Shown here piece by piece: positions 1-7,657 of a stretch of DNA of 9,234 nt. Within the stretch, counting starts at the first letter, position 1. The number at the start of each line of letters is the position of its first letter. Source of the DNA: Nitrososphaerota archaeon (GTDB lineage: Archaea; Thermoproteota; Nitrososphaeria; Nitrososphaerales; UBA57); contig JACAFS010000039.1 of NCBI GenBank assembly GCA_013378385.1, positions 1-9,234 on the forward strand. Reading direction: 5' to 3'. The position numbers and the translations under genes are program-made. Below the pieces are notes generated by a model. It saw only the letters and a list, made by a program, of their open reading frames with translations. It did not search any database and was not told where the DNA came from.

Positions 1-1148
1 GCCATGAATAATCCAGCCTTGAATATTGCATGACTAGCGAGATGGAAGAATCCTGCAACATAACCTGCAATAAAATTAGAAGTCATCCCTGCAACTCCAA
101 AGGCCAGCATCATATATCCAATCTGAGAAACAGTAGAATACGCAAGGACTTTCTTTAGTTCCTTAGACACCATAGCTTGAGATGCCGCCAAGAATGCAGT
201 AATTGCTCCAATCCAAGCAACAAATTCAAAGAATGGCATTATGGTAGCAACATTTTCTACAGCAGTAATAAAAATAGGACCAATACGTGCAATTAGAAAA
301 ACGCCAGCTTTGACCATTGTTGCTGCGTGAATTAAAGCAGATACAGAAGTTGGACCTGCCATAGCATCAGGTAACCACTCGTGTAATGGAAACTGTGCAG
401 ACTTTCCTATAGCTCCGCCGAAGATGAATACAGCAACAGGAATCAATAATCCTGATTGTGCAAGATCTACAGCCCAACTATGGTTTTCCGATAATTTAAC
501 AAAATCAAAAGTTCCAGAGAAGAAGAACAGAGTAAGAATGCCAATAAGAAATGACACATCACCAACTCTTGTCATAAGAAAAGCTTTGCTACCGGCGTGC
601 GTAGGCGAAAATGCAAGAGGTATTCCCCAGGCTTTTTCTCCGACAGTTCCGACATAATCTTTCTTGTGGTCTTTGTTCCAGAAACTGATTAGGCCATAAG
701 AACATAAACCTACTCCCTCCCATCCAAAGAATAATTGAAGGAAATTATCGGAAAAGATAATGAGTTGCATGCTTCCGATAAAGAATACCATCAGGAACCA
801 ATATCTGGTCATGTTTTCCTCTCCTTTCATGTAACCAAGACTGTAAATCATAATTGAGAACGATAGCCAGCCAACTATGTTTGACATTAGTATACTTAAT
901 GGGTCAGCTAGGACACCGGCGGTAATATCCAATGCAGCAATCCACATAACTTGGTGATGGAAGGTTTCTCCTGCAATTGCAAGAGGCAGCATCAATGCAC
1001 AAAGAATAGCAGAAACTAGTGTCAGAGATACCGCATAATAATCTCTAATTTTGTTACCAGCACGGGCAACTACCGGCATCAATAATGCTCCAAGAATTGG
1101 AACGGCAAACACTAACCAAGGAATAAGAAGATTAATTTCTGCTGACAC
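1..1148 (-). CDS. nuoL: NADH:quinone oxidoreductase subunit L (NuoL/ND5-type antiporter-like subunit). About 382 N-terminal codons are in the window; the 3' end lies beyond the left edge.
   Basis: It is absent from the ORF track because there is no stop in the window. My own minus-strand translation from GTG (1148-1146) stays open to position 1: VSAEINLLIPWLVF... It contains GWEGVGLCSY, GKSAQFPLHEWLPDAMAGPTSVSALIHAATMVKAG, KKVLAYSTVSQIGYMM and HLASHAIFKAGLFM, which are classic NuoL/ND5 signatures. The GTG overlaps the nuoM stop (TAGTG), and GGAGG lies about 12 nt upstream. Confidence 0.93.
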   Translation of the reverse strand, partial: MSAEINLLIPWLVFAVPILGALLMPVVARAGNKIRDYYAVSLTLVSAILCALMLPLAIAGETFHHQVMWIAALDITAGVLADPLSILMSNIVGWLSFSIMIYSLGYMKGEENMTRYWFLMVFFIGSMQLIIFSDNFLQLFFGWEGVGLCSYGLISFWNKDHKKDYVGTVGEKAWGIPLAFSPTHAGSKAFLMTRVGDVSFLIGILTLFFFSGTFDFVKLSENHSWAVDLAQSGLLIPVAVFIFGGAIGKSAQFPLHEWLPDAMAGPTSVSALIHAATMVKAGVFLIARIGPIFITAVENVATIMPFFEFVAWIGAITAFLAASQAMVSKELKKVLAYSTVSQIGYMMLAFGVAGMTSNFIAGYVAGFFHLASHAIFKAGLFM

Positions 1149-2677
1149 TATTTCATTCCTCCGAAAGCAGATTGAAGCAATGGAATAAGACCATCAGTGA
1201 TAACTGAAGGGAATATACCAATTAGAAGAGTTAAAGCACAAAGAAATAGTAATGGAATGGTCATTAACAAAGAAGGATCTTTTATATTTTCAAAATCTTT
1301 TGGGAGTTTTCCAAAGAAGACTTTACGCATAGTAAGTAAAGCATAGCCTGCAGTTATCGGAGTTACAGCTAATGCCAGAGCAGCAATAATTAACTTAGAT
1401 GTAGAACCGCTTTCCAAAGCACCGCCAAATGCGCCAGCAAATATCATCCATTCAGATTGAAAACCATTGGTAGGTGGAACTCCAACGATAGCGAGAAAAC
1501 CAATCATTGCAGCAATACCTGTTATAGGAAGTTTACTGCCAAGGCCTCCTAATTTTCGAATACTTCTGACACCTCCTGTTTGCATAATTATAGAACCTGC
1601 TGCCATAAACAGCAGAGCTTTTCCTGTACCATGACTTACATAATGAAAGACTGATCCAGTTACGCCAAGATAGTAAAGAGATCCCATACCAAAGATGATA
1701 TAGCCCATTTGACTGACACTTGAATAAGCAAGTAGTCGTTTGATATCGTCTTGCGCATAAGCCATGAGTCCTCCGTAAATCATAGTTAGTAATCCCCAGA
1801 GAGTAATGACTACAACAATACTTTGATAGACTGATGGAAGAATGAATACAAATATTCTAAGAAAGGCATAAGCGCCAATGCCAATCATGGCAGGAGAAAG
1901 TAATGCACTAATTGGAGTCGGGGATTCAGCATGTGCATATGGCAACCAAACATGAAGACCTGCAGCTGCTAGTTTCATAAGTAATCCGAAACTAATGGCA
2001 ATTGCAACCCATATTCGTATTGAATTAGGTAATCCACTTTCAGCAATTTCTACAAAATTGAAACTACCGCCGAAATATCCAACAGTTAAAATTCCTGCAA
2101 GTAAAGAAACAGCGCCGACATGTGTCCATAAGAAATACATAACAGAGATTTTTGCTCTTTCGCCGTAACCGAATTCAGAGATTAAAAAGAATGATGGAAT
2201 TAACATTAGTTCGAAGAAGATATAAAATTGAATTAAATTAGTTGCAAGTACTGTACCCAACATACCTGCAGCATAGATGACATAGAGACTATAGTATAGA
2301 GCCATCTTTCGGTTTAATGCATCTGCAGAGAATTTCTTATTAGTTTCATGGAATTCTTCTTTTACTCTATGTTCCATATATGGCATAGAGTAGACTGCCA
2401 AAGTAGTTGATAAGATAAGTATGATTGCGGCAAATGGAAAACTTAGTCCGTCAAGATAAAGTCCAAAATTCCCAATAGGATTCCAAGAATAGGTTTCCAG
2501 TCTGGTATTAGTGAATAATGAGCCATTATTAGACATTCCAGAATATAGCACTAGACCAGTACTATAGAGCATAATTAAGAATGCAAGCCATCCAACATTC
2601 TTGCCCATACGCAAACCAACCAGATAAACTACTGGAGCGAGAATTATTGGTAAGAAAACAGCTTGGAGTAATAACAA
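1148..2677 (-). CDS. nuoM: NADH:quinone oxidoreductase M-type antiporter-like subunit (NuoM/ND4 family, divergent)
   Basis: 509 aa, polytopic. M-type TM5 motif FYIFFELMLIPSFFLI, TM7 LLMKLAAAGLHVWLPYAH, DIKRLLAYSSVSQMGY, and TM12 GFQSEWMIF with Glu. TTG start at 2677, 8 nt after the nuoK stop; an in-frame stop lies just upstream, so no longer ORF is possible. Confidence 0.88.
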   Translation of the reverse strand: MLLLQAVFLPIILAPVVYLVGLRMGKNVGWLAFLIMLYSTGLVLYSGMSNNGSLFTNTRLETYSWNPIGNFGLYLDGLSFPFAAIILILSTTLAVYSMPYMEHRVKEEFHETNKKFSADALNRKMALYYSLYVIYAAGMLGTVLATNLIQFYIFFELMLIPSFFLISEFGYGERAKISVMYFLWTHVGAVSLLAGILTVGYFGGSFNFVEIAESGLPNSIRIWVAIAISFGLLMKLAAAGLHVWLPYAHAESPTPISALLSPAMIGIGAYAFLRIFVFILPSVYQSIVVVITLWGLLTMIYGGLMAYAQDDIKRLLAYSSVSQMGYIIFGMGSLYYLGVTGSVFHYVSHGTGKALLFMAAGSIIMQTGGVRSIRKLGGLGSKLPITGIAAMIGFLAIVGVPPTNGFQSEWMIFAGAFGGALESGSTSKLIIAALALAVTPITAGYALLTMRKVFFGKLPKDFENIKDPSLLMTIPLLFLCALTLLIGIFPSVITDGLIPLLQSAFGGMK

Positions 2678-2685
2678 AACTCAGA

Positions 2686-3003
2686 TCAACCTCGTAATTT
2701 CTTCAATTCTAGGACATCAATGTCGTTATTGAGCCTAAAAGCCTGAACAATAATAGCTAGGCCAACTGCTGCTTCAGTGGCAGCCAATGCAATAGCAAAC
2801 AATGAGAAGGTTTGGCCAGTGATCAATGGAGTGTCATGATATCTTGCAAAGGCGACAAAATTGATAATAGCTGCATTAATAATAATTTCAACTGCGAATA
2901 GTAAGCGTATTGCATTTCGTTTTGCAATTAAACCATAAATACCTACACACAGTAATGCAGCCGATACAATAAAGTAATTGATAAGAGGCTCCAACAGATT
3001 CAC
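2686..3003 (-). CDS. nuoK: NADH:quinone oxidoreductase subunit K (NuoK/ND4L)
   Basis: 105 aa with three hydrophobic helices. Membrane-embedded Glu in LLFAVEIIINAA and in LAATEAAVGLAI, as in NuoK. GTG start overlaps the nuoJ stop (GTGA). Its operon position after nuoJ fits. Confidence 0.9.
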   Translation of the reverse strand: MNLLEPLINYFIVSAALLCVGIYGLIAKRNAIRLLFAVEIIINAAIINFVAFARYHDTPLITGQTFSLFAIALAATEAAVGLAIIVQAFRLNNDIDVLELKKLRG

Positions 3004-3491
3004 CGATTTTCAAATTTTGCCATAGTAAGTGCGCCTATAATAGAAACGGCTAGAGCTAAGCCAGTCAACTGAAGGATTAACCAATAGTCGTTGATTAATT
3101 GTGAACCAATTTCATAAAAGTTAGAGATTGCTGTTGGATTAGGATATTGACTAGTTAAGCTAGACGAGAGAGAGAAATAAGTTATTGTAGAGAATAATAA
3201 AACTGCTGCAATGATGCCAAGGATTCTTTCGTTGCCACCTGTTACATTTGCCCATTTATCTCTGCGGACAAGCATGATAACGAAAACTATTAGAATTGCA
3301 ATTGAACCGACATAAACTAGAACTTGAAATATAGCAATGAAAATAGAATCAAGAAGAATGAAAAGTGCTGCTGCACCTAAAAAAGAAAGTGATAAAGCTA
3401 CGGCACCATAAACTAATTCACGAGATTCAAGAGCTAAGATAGCGAAGAAAACAGTAAGCAATGATACAACAAGAAAAACAACATCAGTCAT
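3000..3491 (-). CDS. nuoJ: NADH:quinone oxidoreductase subunit J (NuoJ/ND6)
   Basis: 163 aa, hydrophobic. The size, its position between nuoI and nuoK, and the VYGAVALSLSFLGAAALFILL...FIAIFQVLVYVGSIAILIVFVIML pattern are typical of NuoJ. ATG start overlaps the nuoI end by 8 nt. Confidence 0.88.
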   Translation of the reverse strand: MTDVVFLVVSLLTVFFAILALESRELVYGAVALSLSFLGAAALFILLDSIFIAIFQVLVYVGSIAILIVFVIMLVRRDKWANVTGGNERILGIIAAVLLFSTITYFSLSSSLTSQYPNPTAISNFYEIGSQLINDYWLILQLTGLALAVSIIGALTMAKFENR

Positions 3492-3984
3492 GATAAGCTA
3501 CACCATCATCAGAAATTAATTTTACATTTCCTTTCTTTTCAGGAAATACAGCGAGTTGGAATGGAGTATGAACTAATTTTCTTTTATCTGTCGCAGATAG
3601 TTCATATTCAGGAGTCATAAACAAGCAATCAAAAGGACAGGCGTCAACACAGAATCCGCAGAAAACGCATCTGCCATAGTCTATTTGTGGCATAATATTT
3701 TTGGGATTTATAGGCCAATTACCTTCAACTTGTACCATATCAATACAATCGGCGATATTTTCACAAGCGATGGCGCAAAGAGAACAGCCAGTACATTTGT
3801 CAGTATATAGGATGTGTCTTCCTTTGAATCCAGCGCTGCCAGTATTTGATTTTGCATCAAATGTATAACCTGATTCGATATCTAAACGCTCTTCAGGGTA
3901 CCTCAGAGTCATACGTCGTTTGAATATGTTTCGAAATCCTACAGCGAATGCCCCTAAGATTCCGGAAATAAGTTTGTAGTTCAT
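3484..3984 (-). CDS. nuoI: NADH:quinone oxidoreductase subunit I (NuoI/TYKY, 2x[4Fe-4S] ferredoxin-type)
   Basis: 166 aa with two CxxCxxCxxxC(P) motifs: CTGCSLCAIAC and CVFCGFCVDACP. ATG overlaps the nuoH stop (TAATG). Confidence 0.93.
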   Translation of the reverse strand: MNYKLISGILGAFAVGFRNIFKRRMTLRYPEERLDIESGYTFDAKSNTGSAGFKGRHILYTDKCTGCSLCAIACENIADCIDMVQVEGNWPINPKNIMPQIDYGRCVFCGFCVDACPFDCLFMTPEYELSATDKRKLVHTPFQLAVFPEKKGNVKLISDDGVAYHD

Positions 3985-5144
3985 TAGATTACACCAAGTG
4001 ATGATTCAATTACTGCAATAAAGAGATTAATAAATGATAATGCGATTAGCCAAGCCCATCCAATTCGAATTAATTGATCCATACGTAAACGAGGAAGAAC
4101 CGCGCGCGGAAATATTATTATAGTAATCACGAAAAACAATTTGCCCAGTAGCCAGACTATTGGGGGGAGAAAAGCAGGGCCATTCCATCCTCCTAAGAAT
4201 AGTAGTGTAAAGAGTAAAGCAAGCGCATAGAACTTCATGTATACGCCAAGTTGCAATAAGCCAAAGTGCATTCCAGTGTATTCAGTCAACCATCCAGAAA
4301 CTATTTCAGTCTCGGCTTCAGGCAAGTCAAAAGGAATTCTTTCTAATTCAGAGAGAATGGTGATATAGAATATAATAGCTGCAAGAAATTGTGGAAATAT
4401 AAACCACATATCTTTTTGTGCCTCTACAATTTTCATTAAATCGAAAGAGCCAGTAAGAATTACAATTCCTAAGATTGAGAGAAGCATAGGAATTTCATAA
4501 GCTGCAAGTTGATGCAGTGCTCTTAACCCGCCAATAAATGCAAATTTATTACTGCTAGCCCATGCCGCAATCAGAACAACCAGAGGACTGAACCCAATAA
4601 TAGCAAAAGGAATCAGTAGACTAAACTCAGAACGTGCAATGTATATTGTTGGGGATAAAGGAATTACTGCAAGTAGTGATGCTGCAAGTCCTATGCTAAG
4701 AATTGGAGCAGCCCAGAAAAACATTTTATCTGCTTTTTCAGGAACAACTAATTCTTTACCAAGTAATTTGAACAAGTCAGCGATAGGTTGTAGAATTCCT
4801 TCAAAGCGTCCAGCGTACAATGGGCCAACACGAAGTTGTGCTTTAGCCATTAATTTACGCTCGTAAAGAATTGTAAGTGTTGCAACAAGAGCCGCAAATG
4901 TAAATCCAGGAAAAGCGGCTATTTTAAAGAATGTAGAGTTAAATCCTAGTCCATATCTTTCAGCTAGTTTGTAAGCTTTTATAGGATCTATTGTAGCAGT
5001 CAGGATTTCATTGACTATAGTTACATCAATACCTAAGAAGCCAACAACAAGGAATAATATAGGAAAGATTATGAGAGGCGAGATAAGTATGAACCAGAAT
5101 AATATTATAAGTATTCGTTTAACAAACTCTTCAAATGTCTCCAA
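3984..5144 (-). CDS. nuoH: NADH:quinone oxidoreductase subunit H (NuoH/ND1) with an N-terminal extension
   Basis: 386 aa. The core motif YERKLMAKAQLRVGPLYAGRFEGILQPIADLFKLLGKE matches the NuoH consensus ERKxxAxxQxRxGPxxxGxxGxLQPxADxxKLxxKE. TTG at 5144 (5 nt after the nuoD stop) is the only ATG/GTG/TTG codon in frame upstream of the conserved core. Confidence 0.9.
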   Translation of the reverse strand: METFEEFVKRILIILFWFILISPLIIFPILFLVVGFLGIDVTIVNEILTATIDPIKAYKLAERYGLGFNSTFFKIAAFPGFTFAALVATLTILYERKLMAKAQLRVGPLYAGRFEGILQPIADLFKLLGKELVVPEKADKMFFWAAPILSIGLAASLLAVIPLSPTIYIARSEFSLLIPFAIIGFSPLVVLIAAWASSNKFAFIGGLRALHQLAAYEIPMLLSILGIVILTGSFDLMKIVEAQKDMWFIFPQFLAAIIFYITILSELERIPFDLPEAETEIVSGWLTEYTGMHFGLLQLGVYMKFYALALLFTLLFLGGWNGPAFLPPIVWLLGKLFFVITIIIFPRAVLPRLRMDQLIRIGWAWLIALSFINLFIAVIESSLGVI

Positions 5145-5149
5145 CTATT

Positions 5150-6271
5150 TCACCTATCTGCTTCTACTGGCCAGTAATCAAGACTCCAATAAATAGCAGG
5201 CATGTCTGCCAATTTTGAGCCAACCAATAAATGAGTCATGCCAATCAGATTTCGAAATGAAGGGACGCTGATTTTTACACGGTATGGATTTTTTTCGCCG
5301 TCACTGACAATATGATAGAACATTGTTCCTCTTGCAGCTTCTGTACGAACAAATGCCTCACCCGGTTCACCACGCATAACTCCACCAATGACTTGTTTGA
5401 TTGGACCAGGTTCTATAAGATCAAGGACTTGTTTCATAATGTTCATACTTTGTTGTAGTTCTTCTAATCGGACAATACATCTTGCATATGAATCTCCTTC
5501 TTTACGTGTTGGTATTTCGAAATCAACTCTATCATAGAGACAATATGGTTCATCTTTGCGAGTATCAGAATCTATTCCAACAGCACGAAGATTGGAACCG
5601 GTTATGCCAAGTTTAATTGCGTCTGCTGGACTCAGTATTCCAACAGATTCAGTTCTTGCTGTCATGATGGGATTATTGAAGAATATTTTTTTGTATTCTT
5701 CGATACGTCTTTCGAAATAATCAAATGTCTTTAATGCTCTTTCTTTAAAATTAGTAGGCATGTCGTTTCTTACTCCGCCAGGAACAACGTATGAAAAAGT
5801 TACACGGGTTCCGCCAATAGATTCTGCAAGGTCAATAAACAGTTCTCTGTCTCCCATAGGCCACATAAACATAGTAGAGTGTCCAAGGAATATGCCGTAT
5901 ATTCCAAGCCAATACAGATGAGAGATAATACGGTTCAATTCAGCCATTATCATGCGAATATACTGAGCACGTTCAGGAGCTTCTACGTCGATGATTTTTT
6001 CAGCAGTAAGAACGTATGGGAGAGTTACTCCTGTTGCATCTATTATAACGGGTCGTTCAAGATGTGGGATATTTTGAATGTAATCTCGATATTCTGCCAT
6101 TTTTTCTGCGCCCCTATGCACATACCCTGGATCAGGTTTAGCTCCTACGATGTAATCTCCATCAACGGTAACAATTATACGAAAGTGTCCAGAACCTGGA
6201 TGTTGTGGTCCAACATGGAGAACTAATTGATCTCCGCCTTTATCTTCAATATTCATTCCTGCGTTTTTCAT
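5150..6271 (-). CDS. nuoD: NADH:quinone oxidoreductase subunit D (NuoD/49 kDa)
   Basis: 373 aa. Contains VGPQHPGSGHFR, GYVHRGAEKMAEY and a C-terminal ...VEADR, which are hallmarks of NuoD and of the group-4 hydrogenase large-subunit fold. There are no NiFe cysteine ligands. ATG lies 1 nt after the nuoC stop. Confidence 0.93.
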   Translation of the reverse strand: MKNAGMNIEDKGGDQLVLHVGPQHPGSGHFRIIVTVDGDYIVGAKPDPGYVHRGAEKMAEYRDYIQNIPHLERPVIIDATGVTLPYVLTAEKIIDVEAPERAQYIRMIMAELNRIISHLYWLGIYGIFLGHSTMFMWPMGDRELFIDLAESIGGTRVTFSYVVPGGVRNDMPTNFKERALKTFDYFERRIEEYKKIFFNNPIMTARTESVGILSPADAIKLGITGSNLRAVGIDSDTRKDEPYCLYDRVDFEIPTRKEGDSYARCIVRLEELQQSMNIMKQVLDLIEPGPIKQVIGGVMRGEPGEAFVRTEAARGTMFYHIVSDGEKNPYRVKISVPSFRNLIGMTHLLVGSKLADMPAIYWSLDYWPVEADR

Positions 6272-6272
6272 A

Positions 6273-6752
6273 TCATCCTCTTCCAGGTAGAATATAGTCT
6301 TTCCTTAATGGAGGTATATCATCCCAATCTTCCGGAAGAAGTAATTTCTCCAGTCTAGGATGGCCAATAAATGTTATTCCGAAATTTTCGAAAGTTTCTT
6401 GTTCATGAAATTCTGCACTAGGGAATACGTCAATTAAAGTTTCGATTTCAGGTTTATCCTTTGGAATCTCAGTCATTATAGAGAAAATGATACTCCGAAG
6501 TTTTTTCTTGGATACGCAGATAATGTGATATTCTATACGATAGACGTTGTTTTCTGGATAGTCAGTTCCACCTTGAGACATTACTTGTTCGAAACCTAAT
6601 TCCTTGACTGCAATTGCTAGGTTTTTTAGATTCTCTGGACTAGTAGAAATCTTTATTCTGTTAGATTCAACGTATTCTTCTTTAATTTTATTTTTAAATT
6701 GATCTTTTAAGCTTTTTGCAAGCTGATTTTCAGTAGCGAGTTTAGCAGGCAT
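6273..6752 (-). CDS. nuoC: NADH:quinone oxidoreductase subunit C (NuoC/30 kDa)
   Basis: 159 aa. EFHEQETFENFGITFIGHPRLEKLLLPEDW matches the NuoC signature ExExxDxxGxxFxGHP. ATG start lies 12 nt after the nuoB stop. Confidence 0.92.
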   Translation of the reverse strand: MPAKLATENQLAKSLKDQFKNKIKEEYVESNRIKISTSPENLKNLAIAVKELGFEQVMSQGGTDYPENNVYRIEYHIICVSKKKLRSIIFSIMTEIPKDKPEIETLIDVFPSAEFHEQETFENFGITFIGHPRLEKLLLPEDWDDIPPLRKDYILPGRG

Positions 6753-6764
6753 TGAGTATGTATA

Positions 6765-7277
6765 TTACACCTTGGATTTCCTTATTTTGTTTTGCAGTTC
6801 AATGATTCCTTGAATAAGTGTTTCTGGTCTAGGAGGACAACCTGGAATGTAAACATCCACAGGTACAATTTTATCAACTCCTTGGAGGACGTTGTACGAA
6901 TCCATGTACAAACCACCAGAAATTGCACATGCTCCCATTGCAATTACCCATTTAGGTTCTGGCATTTGTTCATAAACCCATTTCATCCTAGGTGCCATTT
7001 TTCGAGTTACTGTGCCTTGAACAACTAAGACATCACATTGTCTTAGTGAACCAAAGGCTTCTAACATTCCAAATCGTTCAACATCGTGTCTTGGTCCTGA
7101 TGCTGCGCCAAATTCAATACTACAGCAAGCTGTTTCCAAATGAACCGGCCATAAAGAGTATAATCTACCCCAATTAACAAGAAATCTAACAGGTTCCCGT
7201 ACATTTTTTTCTATAGTGGTATCAAGTATGTCACTTACTTTACCAACAAGTAGATTGAGAGTTGGATCGTTTACCAA
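6765..7277 (-). CDS. nuoB: NADH:quinone oxidoreductase subunit B (NuoB/PSST, cluster N2 carrier)
   Basis: All four N2 cysteine ligands are present: ETACCSIEF, MGACAISGG and IPGCPPRPE. The track ORF starts at ATG 7394 but would overlap nuoA by 124 nt with a non-homologous, Cys/Ser-rich N-terminus. TTG at 7277-7275 (start of (M)VNDPTLNLL...) overlaps the nuoA stop by 7 nt. It gives about 170 aa with about 35 residues before NWGRLYSLWP, which is the normal NuoB geometry. Confidence 0.88.
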   Translation of the reverse strand: MVNDPTLNLLVGKVSDILDTTIEKNVREPVRFLVNWGRLYSLWPVHLETACCSIEFGAASGPRHDVERFGMLEAFGSLRQCDVLVVQGTVTRKMAPRMKWVYEQMPEPKWVIAMGACAISGGLYMDSYNVLQGVDKIVPVDVYIPGCPPRPETLIQGIIELQNKIRKSKV

Positions 7278-7633
7278 TTTTCTCGTCTTCCTGCTAAATG
7301 TAAAGCATAAACCATTGGACAAAGTATGACGGCAAGAAATGGTAACAGAGTAACAAGACTTTGAATGCCCAAGGTTGTAAATGATAGTCCCCATGCAAAC
7401 AAGAACATTACAGTGACGTCAAATATAACAAACATAATCAAATAAGAATAATACTGCATAATCAAATGGATACGAGATTCTCCCGTAGGCGGTTGTCCTG
7501 CTTCAAATGTTTGTAATTTGATAGGATTGCGTTTTTTGGGAGCAAAGAAATAAGGAATAATCAAGGTAGGTAGTGAAAATGCGACTCCTGCTAGAGTCAT
7601 TGCCAGAATAATTCCAAACTCAGATGAAACCAT
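7271..7633 (-). CDS. nuoA: NADH:quinone oxidoreductase subunit A (NuoA/ND3)
   Basis: Three helices. FEAGQPPTGESR and YYSYLIMFVIFDVTVMFLFAW match the NuoA consensus (FExGxxxxG...FxxFDVExxFLxPW). The track ORF starts at TTG 7684. I prefer ATG 7633 (MVSSEFGIIL..., 120 aa) because a TATA-like element sits 25-40 nt upstream of it. The start is uncertain between 7633 and 7684. Confidence 0.85.
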   Translation of the reverse strand: MVSSEFGIILAMTLAGVAFSLPTLIIPYFFAPKKRNPIKLQTFEAGQPPTGESRIHLIMQYYSYLIMFVIFDVTVMFLFAWGLSFTTLGIQSLVTLLPFLAVILCPMVYALHLAGRRENW

Positions 7634-7657
7634 ATTAGAATACACGGAATATGGCTG

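Noticed and set aside
424-657. 77-aa plus-strand ORF
   Set aside because: It lies entirely antisense to the strongly supported nuoL coding sequence. Its low-complexity product has no recognisable motif, which is typical of a shadow ORF.
4639-5196. Plus-strand ORFs 4639..4866 (75 aa) and 5011..5196 (61 aa)
   Set aside because: They are antisense to nuoH and to the nuoD/nuoH junction. There are no motifs, and the opposite strand carries unmistakable NuoH signatures.
5879-6226. 115-aa plus-strand ORF
   Set aside because: It is antisense to nuoD (GPQHP and HRGAEK motifs on the other strand). It is a compositional shadow ORF.
5150-6271. Possibility that the cluster encodes a group-4 membrane-bound [NiFe] hydrogenase (Mbh/Ech-like) rather than complex I
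   Set aside because: The large-subunit homologue has no CxxC NiFe ligands. It reads RPVIID in place of RxCGxC, and its C-terminus is SLDYWPVEADR rather than DPCxxCxxH/R. The operon also includes NuoA, J and K plus L- and M-type subunits, as in complex I.
6792-7177. Plus-strand ORFs 6792..7028 and 6992..7177
   Set aside because: They are antisense to nuoB, whose four N2 cysteine ligands validate the minus-strand frame.
7278-7394. N-terminal 39 codons of the 209-aa nuoB track ORF (ATG 7394)
   Set aside because: This extension would overlap nuoA by 124 nt in another frame and encodes a Cys/Ser/Thr-rich segment with no NuoB similarity. TTG 7277 gives normal NuoB length and a typical stop-start overlap.
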